DNA of 64,000 bases, taken from NCBI GenBank assembly GCA_047495785.1, contig JBLDXI010000054.1, forward strand, positions 1,674,001-1,738,000, in the 5' to 3' direction. The translations under genes and the position numbers were made by a program. This DNA is from Lepidodermella squamata. Its lineage: Eukaryota > Animalia > Gastrotricha. Within the stretch, counting starts at the first letter, position 1; each line of letters opens with the position of its first letter. The notes below the pieces were generated by a model. The model searched no databases. It was not told the origin of the DNA and was given only the letters and a program-made list of their open reading frames with translations. Below are positions 20,140 through 33,172 of this stretch, one piece after another.

Positions 20140-22762
20140 TTATCTGGAAGGGTTTTTATAGGTAACAGTTGATGCAGCAACTTTGATAATTACCCCTCTT
20201 TGCGGGAATCTTGAGCGGAAATTGATAAGCAATGTCGGCGCTATGTTGTTCATATTGTAAAAAATAGAGAAACAAGATGCGACAGTCATGTTGTAGCGAT
20301 TGGGGGCCATCACGCCTATCAGCACACCTGCGAAAACTAACGGAATCGATGCGAAGAAACTTCGCACAAAAACGATTTGATCGCGATTTTTCAAACAACT
20401 GCGGATCCTGCAAGCTAACAGTGTGCACCGTATATGGGATAGCAGAAGGCTAAAAACAAGAAAAGCTAGTGGAGTAATGGAGCTGGGAGATGTTTCGAGT
20501 TGACAATAGAGGTAAAATGGGGATATTACAACGCTGGCATCAGTTAAGCTCATTATAGATCCTTGGTTTGACGAGGAGACTAGAATATTAGGTGAGAGTG
20601 AGAAGATTAAAAGAGCAATATTTATAATGGGCCAAGAAGTGATGAGAATCATCCTTCTTACTTTCTGATTTCTAAACATTTCTAAGCTTGGTGATTTAGC
20701 ATGCAAAGTTTTCCTCTTATGAGACTTCATCTTGTGGTCTATGTTCACTTGAGGCGTAGGCGAAATTTTTGAGCCATTAGTTGCCCTGAGGTCGAGCTTA
20801 TTAGGGCGCAAGATTTTTTTAGGTTTGCATCTGAGATCTCGAAGCCTTAGATAAATGCCCATCAGTGATAAAATAAATCCTATCCCATTCACAAGTCCAA
20901 AGGCATTGCAACGAATCAGCGTACAAAACTCACTATCAGGAAAGTAAGGCAAAGCGTAAACGTTAGCACCTAAAATCAAACAGCCAGACCAGCAAATGGC
21001 ATCAGACAATTTTAGATTCAACTCTGACGGAAGGTTGAGTAGGGCTGATCGCTTGAGCGTAGCCAGAATTAGCACAGAAAGGCTCAAAACATTCATGACA
21101 GATCCCACAGCAACCATAGTTATATAGCCTCCTTTTGAAATCATGGAAATTTGGGGTCTGATAATTCGTAACGAGGCTCTGGGAGCGTGTCCATTTGCTG
21201 TCCGCCATTTAATGTTCTCTAATATCAGCTTCATCGGAGGGTTTTCGCTTGATCGATAAATTCCGACCAGCGTCTCATACTGTTGTCCATTTTCAACTCG
21301 CATTTGAGATAACTTGATAGGACTGTGACCGAGCGAGTTGACAGTTGTCGATTCTTCAAATTTGTATTCGCCCTGATGTCCGTAAACCTTCGATGAAGCG
21401 TACAGGCCCTGCATCAACAAGTCTGAGACGCTACGAGACGGAATTTCCGATTTTGAAACAGCTAAATCTGATAGGGTTAGGTTTCCTGTGAACATGAATT
21501 TGAAAACATTGACTGTCATGCACATTGATACAACCCTACTTTCATTCAGAATATTCTCGGTTGAGTTGAGCAAATAGGCAATTAGAATGGTTAAATCGTA
21601 GTAATACAGCGATCTCCTCGTAATGATTGGCATCAGTTTATCAGGCTCGATTATCCGGCTTGTAATCTCGCTGATCAAAGCCTGCCTAGTCAAACCAGTT
21701 GAATCAGGCCTGTCATCGAAAGAATTACCGAAAAAGATGGAGCTTCGAATTACCTGTTGAACACAGAATAATAGCAAATTTTCCGGGGACAATTTTGTGT
21801 ACCTCGGCTAGCATATCCATTGTACACCAACTTTGGACATATGTAGGGATCCTAGCTGCCATCGATAAGCCAGACCAACCGGGGAAGAATGTCACATAGT
21901 TTGGCCCGTAGAATCCAAATCGATACAGCCAACAAGCCATTGAGGGGCCAGAATCTCCACTGATAACAATGATTCTAGGCTCATATTGCCTCATCTCCGT
22001 GAAGGTCTGATTCATTTCGATCCAGTCGTTGGACATGTATTGGACCTTACCGTACCAAGCTAAGGAAATGTTGCGGGACTCGAGTGTTTCGATGAAAGCA
22101 GCTTCGATACTATTTTGGAAGGATTGCAGCTCTCCGATAGCTGCGACTCGCTTCCATCCAATAGCTTCAATGAAATAGGCCAGGGAAATGTAGTTCAGCT
22201 CAGACCGTTCACCGATTCCAAAGAAAGACCTGTATCGTTCTCTATTTCGAAACAAAGCAGCTGTTTGTTGTAGAAAATTGACGTAAATGAAATCGTAGTA
22301 TTTCACCGCTTCCCCAATCACCCGCTGGGCTATTGGGGCACACATTTCCGCGAAAGCGATGGGCAGCAGTACTTCGCTCCGAGGATCCTCTAAGTCTCTT
22401 AAGCGGCGATTGATAGCAGAGATGGCGTACCCATCGTCACACTTGTAGTCCAAAAGCTCTACAGCGACTTCATAGCCAGGTAACCAGTTATCATTCAGTC
22501 TCATCCTTTCCAGGGCGATTTCGATTGGCTTGACTGCAGCAGGGCCATAGGTCAAAAAGGTCCCACCGTAGTTCACGAAAGCCAATACGGTGATAAGTTT
22601 AGTCCTGTTGGGGTTGGATCCGAATCCTGTTGGAACAGCGAACTCCGGCATAGGGGAATCGATTGATTGTTTCAAGCCGGCTTTGGAATGGCCGAGGATA
22701 AAACTGATATTTTCGCCTGATGCGAGTGCCATTGCACATGTTAGAATTATCAGCCTCATCAT
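20140..22762 (-). CDS. GABA-B-receptor-like class C GPCR (Venus flytrap + 7TM); introns 21754-21802 and probably 21486-21539
   Basis: Signal peptide, WLPGYEV...DYKCD, GWKRVAAI, EPRIIVI, GFYGPNYV, IKWRTANGHAP, seven hydrophobic segments, no Cys-rich domain. Confidence 0.87.
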
Positions 22763-23432
22763 TGTCCACTCACACTTTGCAGAATGTCATCCGTGAGTTC
22801 AATCAGACGACTTGATGATCTATCCGAGATTTATTGAAGCTTAAAATGCTAATTGAAAGCGACAGCGTGATAATCGGTTACAGAGACGATAGGCATTCTG
22901 TGTACATCTTTGAATTTACAGGAATTTTGCAGAATGAAAAGTAGCTGACTTTTTCTTGAATTTGAACCTTAATAAGCGACCTTTACTTCAAAGAGTCTTG
23001 TGTCTTGCGTATTGCGTACGGCATGGGGACGACTTGCCCACAACAGTTTTCAATCAAGTCAGATCCCGAGCATAATCACTGGACAGAAGCTAAAACTCGA
23101 TCTTCAAATATCCTATCCCCATGCTGTTTGCCGTTAAGTCTCCTTTCCCAATCATTTTTTCGTTTCCTTCAAAAAAGAACTGAATAAGATGGGCTTGGAA
23201 TTAGCAGTTTGCTCGAGAATTAAAACAAATTCCTCTCACCTTATAACAACGATCAATTCAAGTTATACCCGGATCAACGCAAATTTGCAAACTGATCACA
23301 TTATTTCCTAAGACGAATAAACTTACATCAAAGGGGCGGATGCTTTCAGGGATGATATTCGACCGCAGCGTCACTTAACTTGATCGCAGCTTCGGAGAGC
23401 AAATATTCCTCGAAATTGTAGCATTCGATAAA

Positions 23433-25820
23433 ATGTTCACGATAATTATCGCAAGTCTGCTTTTAACTCTACAAAGCCATGTTCATAGTGAGAAATCGAA
23501 TACCCTGTCCATGCTGGTTCTAGCAACATTCACCGGCACTGAACCTAGGGATTCGAAGATATGCCAGGCATCCATGGAACTTGTCATAGATCTAGCGAAC
23601 AATCGATCGGACTTTCTACCAAACTATGCCATCAAAGCTTCTTACCGCGACGAAACCCCATTGAGTGTCCGTTCTACTCGCCATCTTGTCGAATTCAACC
23701 GTTTTTTCGAGGAAAATCCACAGGATTCAGCAATAAAATCTCCGATGATGGTCGGACCCAGGCTAACAGATGGGTGTAAAAGGGTTGCTTCAATGATCCA
23801 TCTATATGACATGGCAGCAATTGGAACAGGGTGTTTAGCTCCATTTTTCACTGCTAGGCGAGATATCTACCCGAATTTCTACCGGGTAACCTCAAGTGGA
23901 GAAGCTGCTCTATATGCTAGAATTCTCCTCATCCAGCAGATTGGTAAATGGAAGAAAATTGCGATTTTCACTAACACGAACAATGTCATGGACTACTCGC
24001 TGGCTTCAATGACTCAGACTCTGGCCAATCGAGCTGGTCTAGAGGTTTTGTGGTTCGATATTGTCTACGAAACTACAGCAGCTAGAGTTGCACCTCTGAA
24101 AGAGAGTGATGCCAGAATCATTGTAGTTGACATTGGAATGCCAGGAGGAATGCAAACCTTTTTATGCGAAGCTTATCATTTGGGCATAACTGGCAACCGC
24201 TACGTCTTTCTCGCTCAGTCTAACGTGTTCTCATCACCATCAACCCTCCCAGAGAAACTGAATGATCGATGCACCAGGCAGATTTTGACAAAGCAAATAG
24301 AGTCGACGTTCTGGGTGGGCGCGATCAGTGAGACAAACCTGAATAATGGGAAAACAATACTAGGCTACGACCTCCCGATTTTCGAGCGAATGTTGGATGA
24401 AAAAACAAACAAGTCTCGAACCCCGGACTACTCGGAACGGCACAGATGTAGCGACAACATGCTACAGGCCCTAGTAGCTCTAGATCAGACCGAGAGAAGA
24501 CTGCTGTCTCTAAACATGACTTTAAAAGACATGAAAACAAATCCTCGACAAGTTATGCAGATTTTGAATTCAAGCGTAGCTGCCACCGATTTCGTTTCAC
24601 TACGAGTTGGGAGAAATAAGTACTCTTCCCGCTCAGAATTTGACGACGAGCCCCAGGCAATATCACAATGGTCGGCACAATTTGGTTACCGTCAAATGTT
24701 CATAGTCCACCATGACTCCGAGGCTCGATTTGATGATTTAGCAAGCTATCGATTAGTCAAGCTGGCGGAAGTCGAATGGCGTACGTCCGACAGCGCCCCG
24801 CCTCGTGACACACCCTCCATCCGGGTTCATTATGAAAAATTCCCGGAAGGTGTTTCTGTCTTTATCTTTTGCGTGACTGGGGTTGCGATTTCATCTCAAA
24901 TTTGTCTAATTTATTTCCTGATTTCAAACAATGTCAAGAAGCGTCATAACATTTCGCTCCCACTTACCCAATGTTTCCTGTTATTCGGCTGCATTTTTGT
25001 AAATTTGAGCGCTATCTTTGTAGCCCTGGGAGCATACCCTGGATTCTCGTGGCAATATTGCATTGCTCGAATTATTCTCGCCAACTTGGGATTTGGGATC
25101 CTAAATGGAGGCCTCCTCGGTCTAGCTTTGCTGCCTATTGAGAGGTCGAATGAAGCTAATGTAGAGGGAACAATCGTATCCTCAAATCATGGTTCCAATA
25201 CCACGAATCGACTGACCGGGGCTAGGAGGAGAAATCTAGTCAGGGCTAGCCAGCCGGCAGGGGTATTGCAAGTTTTTGGGGCTAAAATCACATTAAAATC
25301 CTCAAGGAGGAAGGAATGTTTTGTGATCTCATTCGCTTTGGCTGTTAGTGCCATACTGGCTATCCTCATGATAATTTCCATGAGTTCCACTGCAACGCTG
25401 GGATTTGAAACGAGGAATATCAGGCAGTTTTACGACGTCGAAGAGGATTTGATCCATCAGGATAACATCACAGCCTGTGCGAACGAAGATAATTGGCTGA
25501 TATCATACACTGCGCTTCAGTTAATACTGCTAGGGATGGCTATCCTTGTAGCTTTCAAAAGGTTGAAAAGCTTGAAACTCGTGAGATCTGGAGTTCTGAA
25601 TTCAGCAGCTCGACATGTTTGGTTGGTACTTGCTAATAACTTTACATTAACAGGCGCTTGTCTACTGGTCATCATTGCCTTGAGAAACCAAATTCTTGGG
25701 GAAATTGCGGCTTGTATCGGGATGCTTTTAACGGTTCAAATTTCGTTCGGCATCATCGGCAGCAATTCGTATCAAGCTATCAGACATCGTAACAGCCATG
25801 TTAGTCAATCAGCGGAATAA
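23433..25820 (+). CDS. GABA-B-receptor-like class C GPCR, single exon
   Basis: Signal peptide, DFLPNY, YPNFYRV, KWKKIAI, LKESDARIIV, LCEAYHLGITGNRYVF, W...PPRD, 7TM. Confidence 0.9.
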   Translation: MFTIIIASLLLTLQSHVHSEKSNTLSMLVLATFTGTEPRDSKICQASMELVIDLANNRSDFLPNYAIKASYRDETPLSVRSTRHLVEFNRFFEENPQDSAIKSPMMVGPRLTDGCKRVASMIHLYDMAAIGTGCLAPFFTARRDIYPNFYRVTSSGEAALYARILLIQQIGKWKKIAIFTNTNNVMDYSLASMTQTLANRAGLEVLWFDIVYETTAARVAPLKESDARIIVVDIGMPGGMQTFLCEAYHLGITGNRYVFLAQSNVFSSPSTLPEKLNDRCTRQILTKQIESTFWVGAISETNLNNGKTILGYDLPIFERMLDEKTNKSRTPDYSERHRCSDNMLQALVALDQTERRLLSLNMTLKDMKTNPRQVMQILNSSVAATDFVSLRVGRNKYSSRSEFDDEPQAISQWSAQFGYRQMFIVHHDSEARFDDLASYRLVKLAEVEWRTSDSAPPRDTPSIRVHYEKFPEGVSVFIFCVTGVAISSQICLIYFLISNNVKKRHNISLPLTQCFLLFGCIFVNLSAIFVALGAYPGFSWQYCIARIILANLGFGILNGGLLGLALLPIERSNEANVEGTIVSSNHGSNTTNRLTGARRRNLVRASQPAGVLQVFGAKITLKSSRRKECFVISFALAVSAILAILMIISMSSTATLGFETRNIRQFYDVEEDLIHQDNITACANEDNWLISYTALQLILLGMAILVAFKRLKSLKLVRSGVLNSAARHVWLVLANNFTLTGACLLVIIALRNQILGEIAACIGMLLTVQISFGIIGSNSYQAIRHRNSHVSQSAE

Positions 25821-25994
25821 AAATGTCCAATCTACATCGTACGAGATTTGAAGCTTTGATAGGTCAATACAGGAAGCAAGAACTTTTATCGTTATATCTA
25901 TTATATTCTCACACTATTATATTCATTTTCAGCCCCTCAAATTCGCGATGAGTTTACGATAAATAAAACGAAAAAATTGAATTTCTGCTAAATC

Positions 25995-26515
25995 CAATGA
26001 GCGCAAAACATAGGCCTCAAGCTTAGAACCGGAGGTGCTATCACAGTGTGGGAAGTTGGACCCGGTAGCTGAGGTGTTTTCTACTTATTTTCCAGGACCC
26101 AGGAAGAAACCAAACGGTGGTTTTTTCAGTCTTTCTCTGATTGGAGTCCCGGAGCTGGGAGTGTTGCACCACTGTACTTCGTACCCTGTGTTATCATCCT
26201 TTTATCGAACAAAACTGCCGAAACAGCAATATCCCCCAATATTCCTCTGCTAATGTTGGTGCAATATGAAATCCGAGCTGCTCTTTGTCGAATTTTATAA
26301 ACCCCAAGTTGTATCCAGAATTTAATAACCGACCTAGTGTAATTTGAAATCCCCGGAATTTGATATCCCTCTACCCCTACGACATATTCATCATAGCGAA
26401 TGAAGCATTTGCCATAGCAAATGCAGCTGTCAGAATTAGAAAATCTTTGCGAACTCAAGTGGACAGTAGACCGGGACGCTGAGGGCGTTGGAAATGTTAA
26501 TGCCTAGCGATCAAC
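25995..26515 (-). pseudogene. Relic class A GPCR fragments (TM1 and TM7 ends) separated by unrelated sequence
   Basis: INISNALSV near 26476-26506 and VIAPPVLSLRP near 26012-26044 match the adjacent gene 26587-27778. Confidence 0.55.
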
Positions 26516-26586
26516 ATCGGATGATACGGAGTTGTTTTATTACGAATTTTTTATTTTTTTTTACGTGGTTCCCATGGTGAATTACG

Positions 26587-27778
26587 TCATCTTTCGATCG
26601 GGATTTCGCGATGATAATGTAACTTCTCAGCCATCTCGGTGACAAAACCTGGCCTCAGGCTTAGAATAGGAGGCGCAATAACCATTTCTAACATGAGCGC
26701 CAATACAGCACATTTACAAAATTCCGAAGTCAAGAGACTTGGCCCGGAAGAGTCATGAAGTGCAAGCATGAAAAAAGTCCACATGATAGGGGTGTGAAAT
26801 AGGGCGAAGAGAAGAAACGATACAAGGCACTGCTTTGCGATGAATTCTTCTCGAACAAGCCAATGAGCCTCCCTAAGTCTCAGTCCTAACGATTTCACAA
26901 CTGGAACCATTCTTGAGATAATATCAGAATCGGTTATTGATGAGTGGCTTTGATGCGTAGTCGTCATAACATGCGAAAAAGCATTGGTCCGCCTCACTCC
27001 ACGAATTATTTTGAAAAGAAGCCTGAAAAAAACAGGATTGTTTTCTGGTTAACTTGCAATAATTGACTTACCAATAATTATATGCGAGAACGAACCCGGG
27101 CACAAATGCGAGGCTAAAAATGACGATGATACGAAGTGTTGCGCTATCAGTAGGTCCAATCTTATAATCGAAAGGTGAGCAAATCGGGACTAATTCGGTC
27201 ACGTTCATTCCATTCGGATTAGGAACAAGCTGCAGACTCTGGCCGTAAGGATAAATGGTTACAGGGGCAAAAACAGCAATTTCGACGAGAAGTAACCCGA
27301 AGGCTGAAATCAAGGCCATTCTAATGGGGTTTCTCGAGTTCGATAGCCTGCTTGAGATGCAAATTCGGCGTTCGTAGCTTATCAACATCATTACGCCCAG
27401 GCTGTAAGCCCCTGTTAGGTAATTAAGGCAAGAAATGATTTTGCAAGCGTTGTCGCCAAATTCCCATTTCCCGCTGTTTGTAGTCGTAGCCAGTAAGGTT
27501 GTGTAGATTGCTCCGAAACCAGCATTTGTAACAGCCAAAACTGTAACAAGAACTATGAAATCTTTGCGAACTCTACGTTTGTAGTAGACTATGACGCTGA
27601 AGGCGTTGGAAATGCAAATGCACGCCGATAGAAGTAAGGATAATAGTGTGAAGTTCAGTCGAGTTTGATAGGAGTCTATCGGGGAGTTGTAAATTCCAAT
27701 GAACCACAGCCGTGACTTATCATAGCCCAGATCCGGCAGTGTAGCTGATACCCAGGCTGACTGGGCTGAAGTGGTCAT
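26587..27778 (-). CDS. Divergent class A GPCR; 2 exons (intron 27023-27071)
   Basis: 7 TM; C3.25, ISYERR at the DRY position, ECL2 Cys, LAYNYW, FHTP, IAPPILSLRPGF. Confidence 0.9.
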
Positions 27779-28299
27779 TGCTTTGTAAGTAACTAAGAGC
27801 GTTGCCCTCGAGTATAGCTTTGATTTTAACCTCGAATTGTATTCATTTTTAGTTTTTAATCATGAAACCGCATAATAAAACATGAGTAGTACACAGACGA
27901 ATGAATTACTTTATTAGCTAATTCCCATCATCCTAAAAAATATCTATAAAGAATACGAGGGGATCGATACTTCAGGATCAGAATTTCAAATCCTCCGGAA
28001 AATCAGTTTAAAATGTCGGAGCGAACTATATCCCTTAAGCTCACCGCTGCCGGATAAGTGATATGTCCGATACTAGATCACAGACGGCACGGTACGAAGT
28101 GTGAATTCAAAAGGAATTGAAAGTCAGCTGACGGGTACGAACTTGTCTAAAACTGGAGAGTCAGGTTTTATCGACAGAGTAGCAGAAAATTTGATTCACT
28201 CTAGCAAGGTGTCCGACGAGCCATTCTCATAGGACACTACTGTGTCCCACCAGACGAAAAGTTTGGGAACCGCTGCATTCACCATCAGGCTGTTGTTGC

Positions 28300-28990
28300 C
28301 CAGCCATTTACTGACCTTATCGATATCAATTTGTAACTTGTTTAGGGCAACTGATAGATCGCGGGCGGCACAGTGGTCGCGGCGATGTCGTTCACGTAGC
28401 TGGTAAATAAAAGCGGGCCAATGATGCTACGTTGTGAGACACCACACGATTTTCTTTTCTGACGAAATAGAGCCATTCAATTTTGTGATTTGATATCTTT
28501 CAGAAAGAAAATTTCCCATTAGCTTTACGGCGTGATCATCAAAACCAGCGTTTGTCGAAGAAGCTTCAATACACAACGGGTGTAGCGTGTCAAATGCTTT
28601 TGACAGATCAATTGATACGGCTGCGACTTTCATATTTTTGTCCAGTCCCAGGCGCCAGTCTTTGAGCAGGCAGGTGTCGCATAAGTGATATCGCCTGAAT
28701 CCAAACTGACTGGGCGAAAAGAAGCGTGTTATTTGTAGATTTTAGATGAGACTTGATCTGCGATCTGCTCGACAATGACCCTTTCAAAGGTTCGAACAAT
28801 CGGTGAAAGGATCGATAAAGGTCAGTGGTTGCTGACTTCGTTAAAAGGGCTGCTTTTGTGTAAAGGAGTAACAACCGCCGTTTTCCACACACGGGGAATA
28901 TTTCCTTCGAATAAAATCCTGTTTAATAAAGACCCGAGATGCCAAGAGATAGCTCGTTTCGATAATTCCGGAATGTAGTCAAACCCAGTC
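28300..28990 (-). mobile_element. Degenerate non-LTR retrotransposon (CR1/L2-like) reverse transcriptase fragment
   Basis: FPRVWKTAVVTPLHK, PLSILS...FERVI, QFGFR, IDLSKAFDTL, FLSERYQ, GVSQRSIIGPLLF...YVND across frames with stops and frameshifts. Confidence 0.88.
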
Positions 28991-29991
28991 GTTGCCATTG
29001 GTTCCTTGGATCTGGCCCGGCTTCGGCTACTAGATTTCGATACTTTTTCTGTTAACCTTACGTTGATTCCTTTGCTTTGTTCTCAAATTTTGCTGGAACA
29101 CAGCCTTCAGGAATCTTCGTCTCTGAAATCATGATAACGTCCAGTCGCATAACCTTAGCATATTTAGAGAGCCGTATGGCCGGGAAAAAAATTCAACGAT
29201 TTCAAATACGTGCCATGGTCGTCAAGGACGCTCCCAGTCGTGTAAGTCCATTTGTCACACGCATATAGACATAATTTATGCCGCGTGCCGTGTTAAAAGC
29301 AATCGTTTTTGAATTTGTCCCGTGTCCTGGGTCGAATTTGAAAAATTGAACTGACCTGAGACATTCGATTGCCGATAAATCGGTTGCCGAAAACAGGGCT
29401 CGAGCACCGAAGTAGACCGAAGCAGAGAGCACAATCGACACCGTCGAACTCGCATTGTTGAAAGACGATTTTATAAAGTAAACTGCTGTGGAACGCCACG
29501 AGCTAATAATTATTCCTTAAAAAATCTCAGAAAATTTAATATTCAATCGCATTCAAAATCAAAAACTGAGATTCACCAGCAAGGAATTGTTTGCTAGCCA
29601 AGAACAGACACGATTCATTACCTGTTGCAGCACTCGTTCACGTTCTTGCTCGCAACATACTTCGCTAAAACTGTGCTGAGCTGGTGTAAGGAACTTTGAG
29701 AGAGGAACCTTTAGCTGAGCAGCTAATTTCTAGATATCGGAATACTAGATCAGAAGTTCGCTTCGTTGGGCGATGCGTCACGTCACCTTCCTGTCTAGTT
29801 GAATCGGCAAAGCTCTAAAATCTGTGATTTAAAATTTCAAAAATCAGCGGGAACAGGAAAGCGTGACAGTTGCATCCGCTTGAGTGGAATGGCATGCTCC
29901 GATTTCATTCTCAAATTCATTTGCAGATCTGCGATAACATTAATATTTGTGACTTCTCGAAAGTTTAAACTTCAGCTTTATACATTTTAAA

Positions 29992-31196
29992 ATGAACACG
30001 TCTGCAGATTCATCATGGATTTTCGCAGTAATACCCGGCCGCGGATTCGACAGTGGTAGGTATTGGTTTATAGCTGCCTACAATTCGCCCTTTCAGCCGT
30101 TTTCCGAACGCCTAACGTATACATTGGTATACTTGTTCATCGCCATCGCAGTTTGTATTTCAAACGTTGTCAATGTCTACATTTATTGGAGGCGATGTGT
30201 TAGGCGTGATTTTCTAATTCTCGTCATGCTTCTCGGCATCTCCAACTCTTGGTTCTGTATTGATTATACAATTCTCATGGCGATGACCACTCCAAACGGC
30301 CAATTTGAGGGCAGTGATTTGACCTGCCTAATGCTGAGCTGGGGCTATTACATCGCCTGTGGCTACAGTCAGTGCGTGTGCATGCTCATAAGCTATGAGC
30401 GACGTATCTGCATCTCGCGAGCTCTGCCTACATCGGGCATGAATTTGAAACGGACCTTGCTTTCAGCCGCAATTATGCTGGTTTATGTCTTACTTACCGC
30501 CTTCCCTGTTTCGCTGTATCCCTACGGCTTCAGTCGCAAGATGCTACCGATTAATGAGAATGGAACTGAGTTCGCTGCGTTCTGCGCATCATTCGAGTAT
30601 AAACTTGCGAATGGTCTCGATACTTCGATACTTCGACCGTTGGCTTTTCTCGCTACCGCTTCTCTTTCACAAGGCTTCCTTGCCTACAATTATTGGTTAG
30701 AATTTTTTACTAATGCTGAATACATTTTCTTTCATGTTCTGATTATTTCAGGGTAATTTTCAAAACCATGTCACGTTATCGTAAACCTGCTCGGGATGCG
30801 AACAACGCACCATCCGTTTCAGCATTAAAGATTTCTAATGAAAAGGTTATACCCGCAAAGGGTAACTCAGTCGTACCTGTTTCGTTGTTTTCAAATCAGC
30901 AAGCTCAATGGCTTGCTCGAGAGATGTTTCTGGCAAAGCAATCATTCGCTTCATTCGTCATATTGACAATTTCATTTTTGCCAGGGACCGTAGTTATGGT
31001 AGCGAGCAATCTATTCGACAGCGTGGGCCCGAAATTACTGACTTCGGATGTTTTAAGGTCGTCAGCTATTGCGCTGATGTTACAAATGATGGTCATACCC
31101 ATAATGCAATCGTTGCGACCTGGTTTCACCAATGAATTGGCCTCTAAATATGCTGATTCAAGAAAGGTCATAATGCGTTTCATCAGGCGTAATTAG
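29992..31196 (+). CDS. Divergent class A GPCR; 2 exons (intron 30696-30751)
   Basis: Family motifs as in paralogs; phase-2 intron in the NYW Trp codon. Confidence 0.9.
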
Positions 31197-31269
31197 CTCG
31201 ATCTCGGAATAGTGGCTGCAATAAATTTCAGCCATTTGACGTAGATAGAACGCCGCACTCGGAGCACTC

Positions 31270-31339
31270 GAATATGCTGATTCGAGAAAGGCCATAGCGT
31301 AGTTCCTCAAAGGCCGAATTAGCTCGATCTCGAAATTGT
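31270..31339 (+). repeat. Duplicated 3' end of a class A GPCR gene
   Basis: aatatgctgattcgagaaaggccat...aattagctcgatctcgaaattgt resembles 31147-31208 and 38138-38204. Confidence 0.75.
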
Positions 31340-31969
31340 AAAAATTGACTGTTGATTGAGTAATATAAACATTTTCGTAGCAATAAGAAACCTGAGTATT
31401 GAGGAAGTGCAGTGGCTTAGAAGTGTTTTCGAATGCTTGCGACCTGACATAGTGCGTTGAGTTTGTATCCCGCCATACAAAGTGACACGTTGGCGTTATA
31501 ATGCATGCTTGAATATTCTGAATAAATTGCCTTTTGTTAGGGTCAATTCAAAAAAAGTAACACAAGTGTTTTGTTAATTTTGAGAGGTTGTGGAGCATGT
31601 TTTAGTAAGAAATTTTCAAAATTTTCTCGCTTCGCTCGGCTATAATAAGTCAAAATGACCAGTCATTTTGGCAAATACAGCAAAAAAACTTTTTCCATCC
31701 CCGGCAGCTCCGGGATCGAAGATCGCACCCTGAATCGATCGACACTATACGCAAGTCATGAACTGCAGTAAAATAAAAAAACACCTAGGTGCTGGTTCCT
31801 CCGCGACTTGAACTATTGCAGATTATATTGGCTCAAAGCTTGGTTGACTACTTGAAAATGGCCTGAGGTTCATTTCAAGAAATAGAGGACACAAAGGCAA
31901 ATACATGTTTACCTGTCGTACATTTTTTATCTCTTGCATGGAATTTATATTCAATTTAATTGTGTTAAA

Positions 31970-33172
31970 TCACATCGCATAGATTTTGTTCATGACGGTT
32001 GACCTGAGATGCTTCCATTTGTAGGCGAGGCCATCAGTGAAGCCAGGCCTCAAGCTTTGCAAAATCGGGCCCGCAATCATCTCAAGCATCAAAACAATGA
32101 CAGAACCTTGTAAAAGGCTGACGTCTGCAGCTCTGGCCCAACGCTCTCATAAAGTGTGAAGAAGACGAAAGACGTCATAATGGGGCCGTGGAAAAGTGTG
32201 AATATGAGAAAGGAAACCAATGATTGTTTCGCGAAGAATGACTCCCTCGTTAGCCACTGAGACTCACGTGGGTTCATAGCGGTTATGACGGTTCGGAAGG
32301 AAGATGCACGGCCTAATCCTTTGCTATGAACCGTTTCATCGAGCTTAGAAAACATAAATTCGCCCTGGGTATGAGACCTTCGAACAGACCGTATTGTTTG
32401 GAATAGCTTCCTGTAGAAGAACTGGAATATCACTAAACAGTATATTACGGTAACGGCATACTTACCAATAATTATAAGCGAGAATAAGGTCTGGAACCAG
32501 TACAACAAACATTACAGTGATTACTCTCAAAATTGAAGTATCTCCAACGCCAAGTCTATGGTCAAATGGCCCGCAAACTGGCACCAACTCTGTTTTGTTC
32601 TCCCCATCAATAACAGGTATCAATTGCCGACGTTGTCCGTACGGGTATATGGAGACAGGCTCGAAAATCAGAATAACAAGGCCTAACAGAGCTGCAGCGC
32701 TAGCGAGAGCTTTCTTGACATGAGCTCGTGATGTTGGCAGCCGTTTCGAGATGCAAATACGCCTCTCGTAACTGATCAACATACAAACACTAGGGCTGAA
32801 TCCTGCTGTTGCGTATAGAAGCCATGAGAGCATTCTACAAGAGAGATCACTTCCCTCCCAGTGGCCCCTGGGTGTTGTCATGATCATGACAACCGTGTAG
32901 TCCAGGCAGAAAGTCGAGTTTGTTACCGCGAGTATAGCCACCAGGGCAAGAAAATCAGCCCGAACTTGTCTTTTGTAGTAAATGATAACATTAGCCGCAT
33001 TTGAGATGCAAACACATAAGGCGATAGTAGCATAGACCAATGTGTAGCTCAGTCTGTCAGCGAATGATTGGTAGGGTGAGTTGAAATTCGCGATGAACCA
33101 GTACCGGCCGTTTGGAAAGCCAAGCTCTTGAAACGTCGCGAATATCCAAGATTTGTCATCGGAAGCATTCAT
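31970..33172 (-). pseudogene. Class A GPCR with a 1-nt deletion in TM7 (intron 32411-32465); pseudogene or sequencing error
   Basis: After FYK near 32107 the conserved SVIVLMLEMIAGPILQSLRPGF continues in another frame to TGA at 31970. Confidence 0.82.

Noticed and set aside
26042-26475. CACAGTG (RSS/Transib-like heptamer) at the edge of the insert in the GPCR relic, also at 13983 and 1813
   Set aside because: No matching inverted end, nonamer or transposase; a 7-mer is expected by chance in 64 kb.
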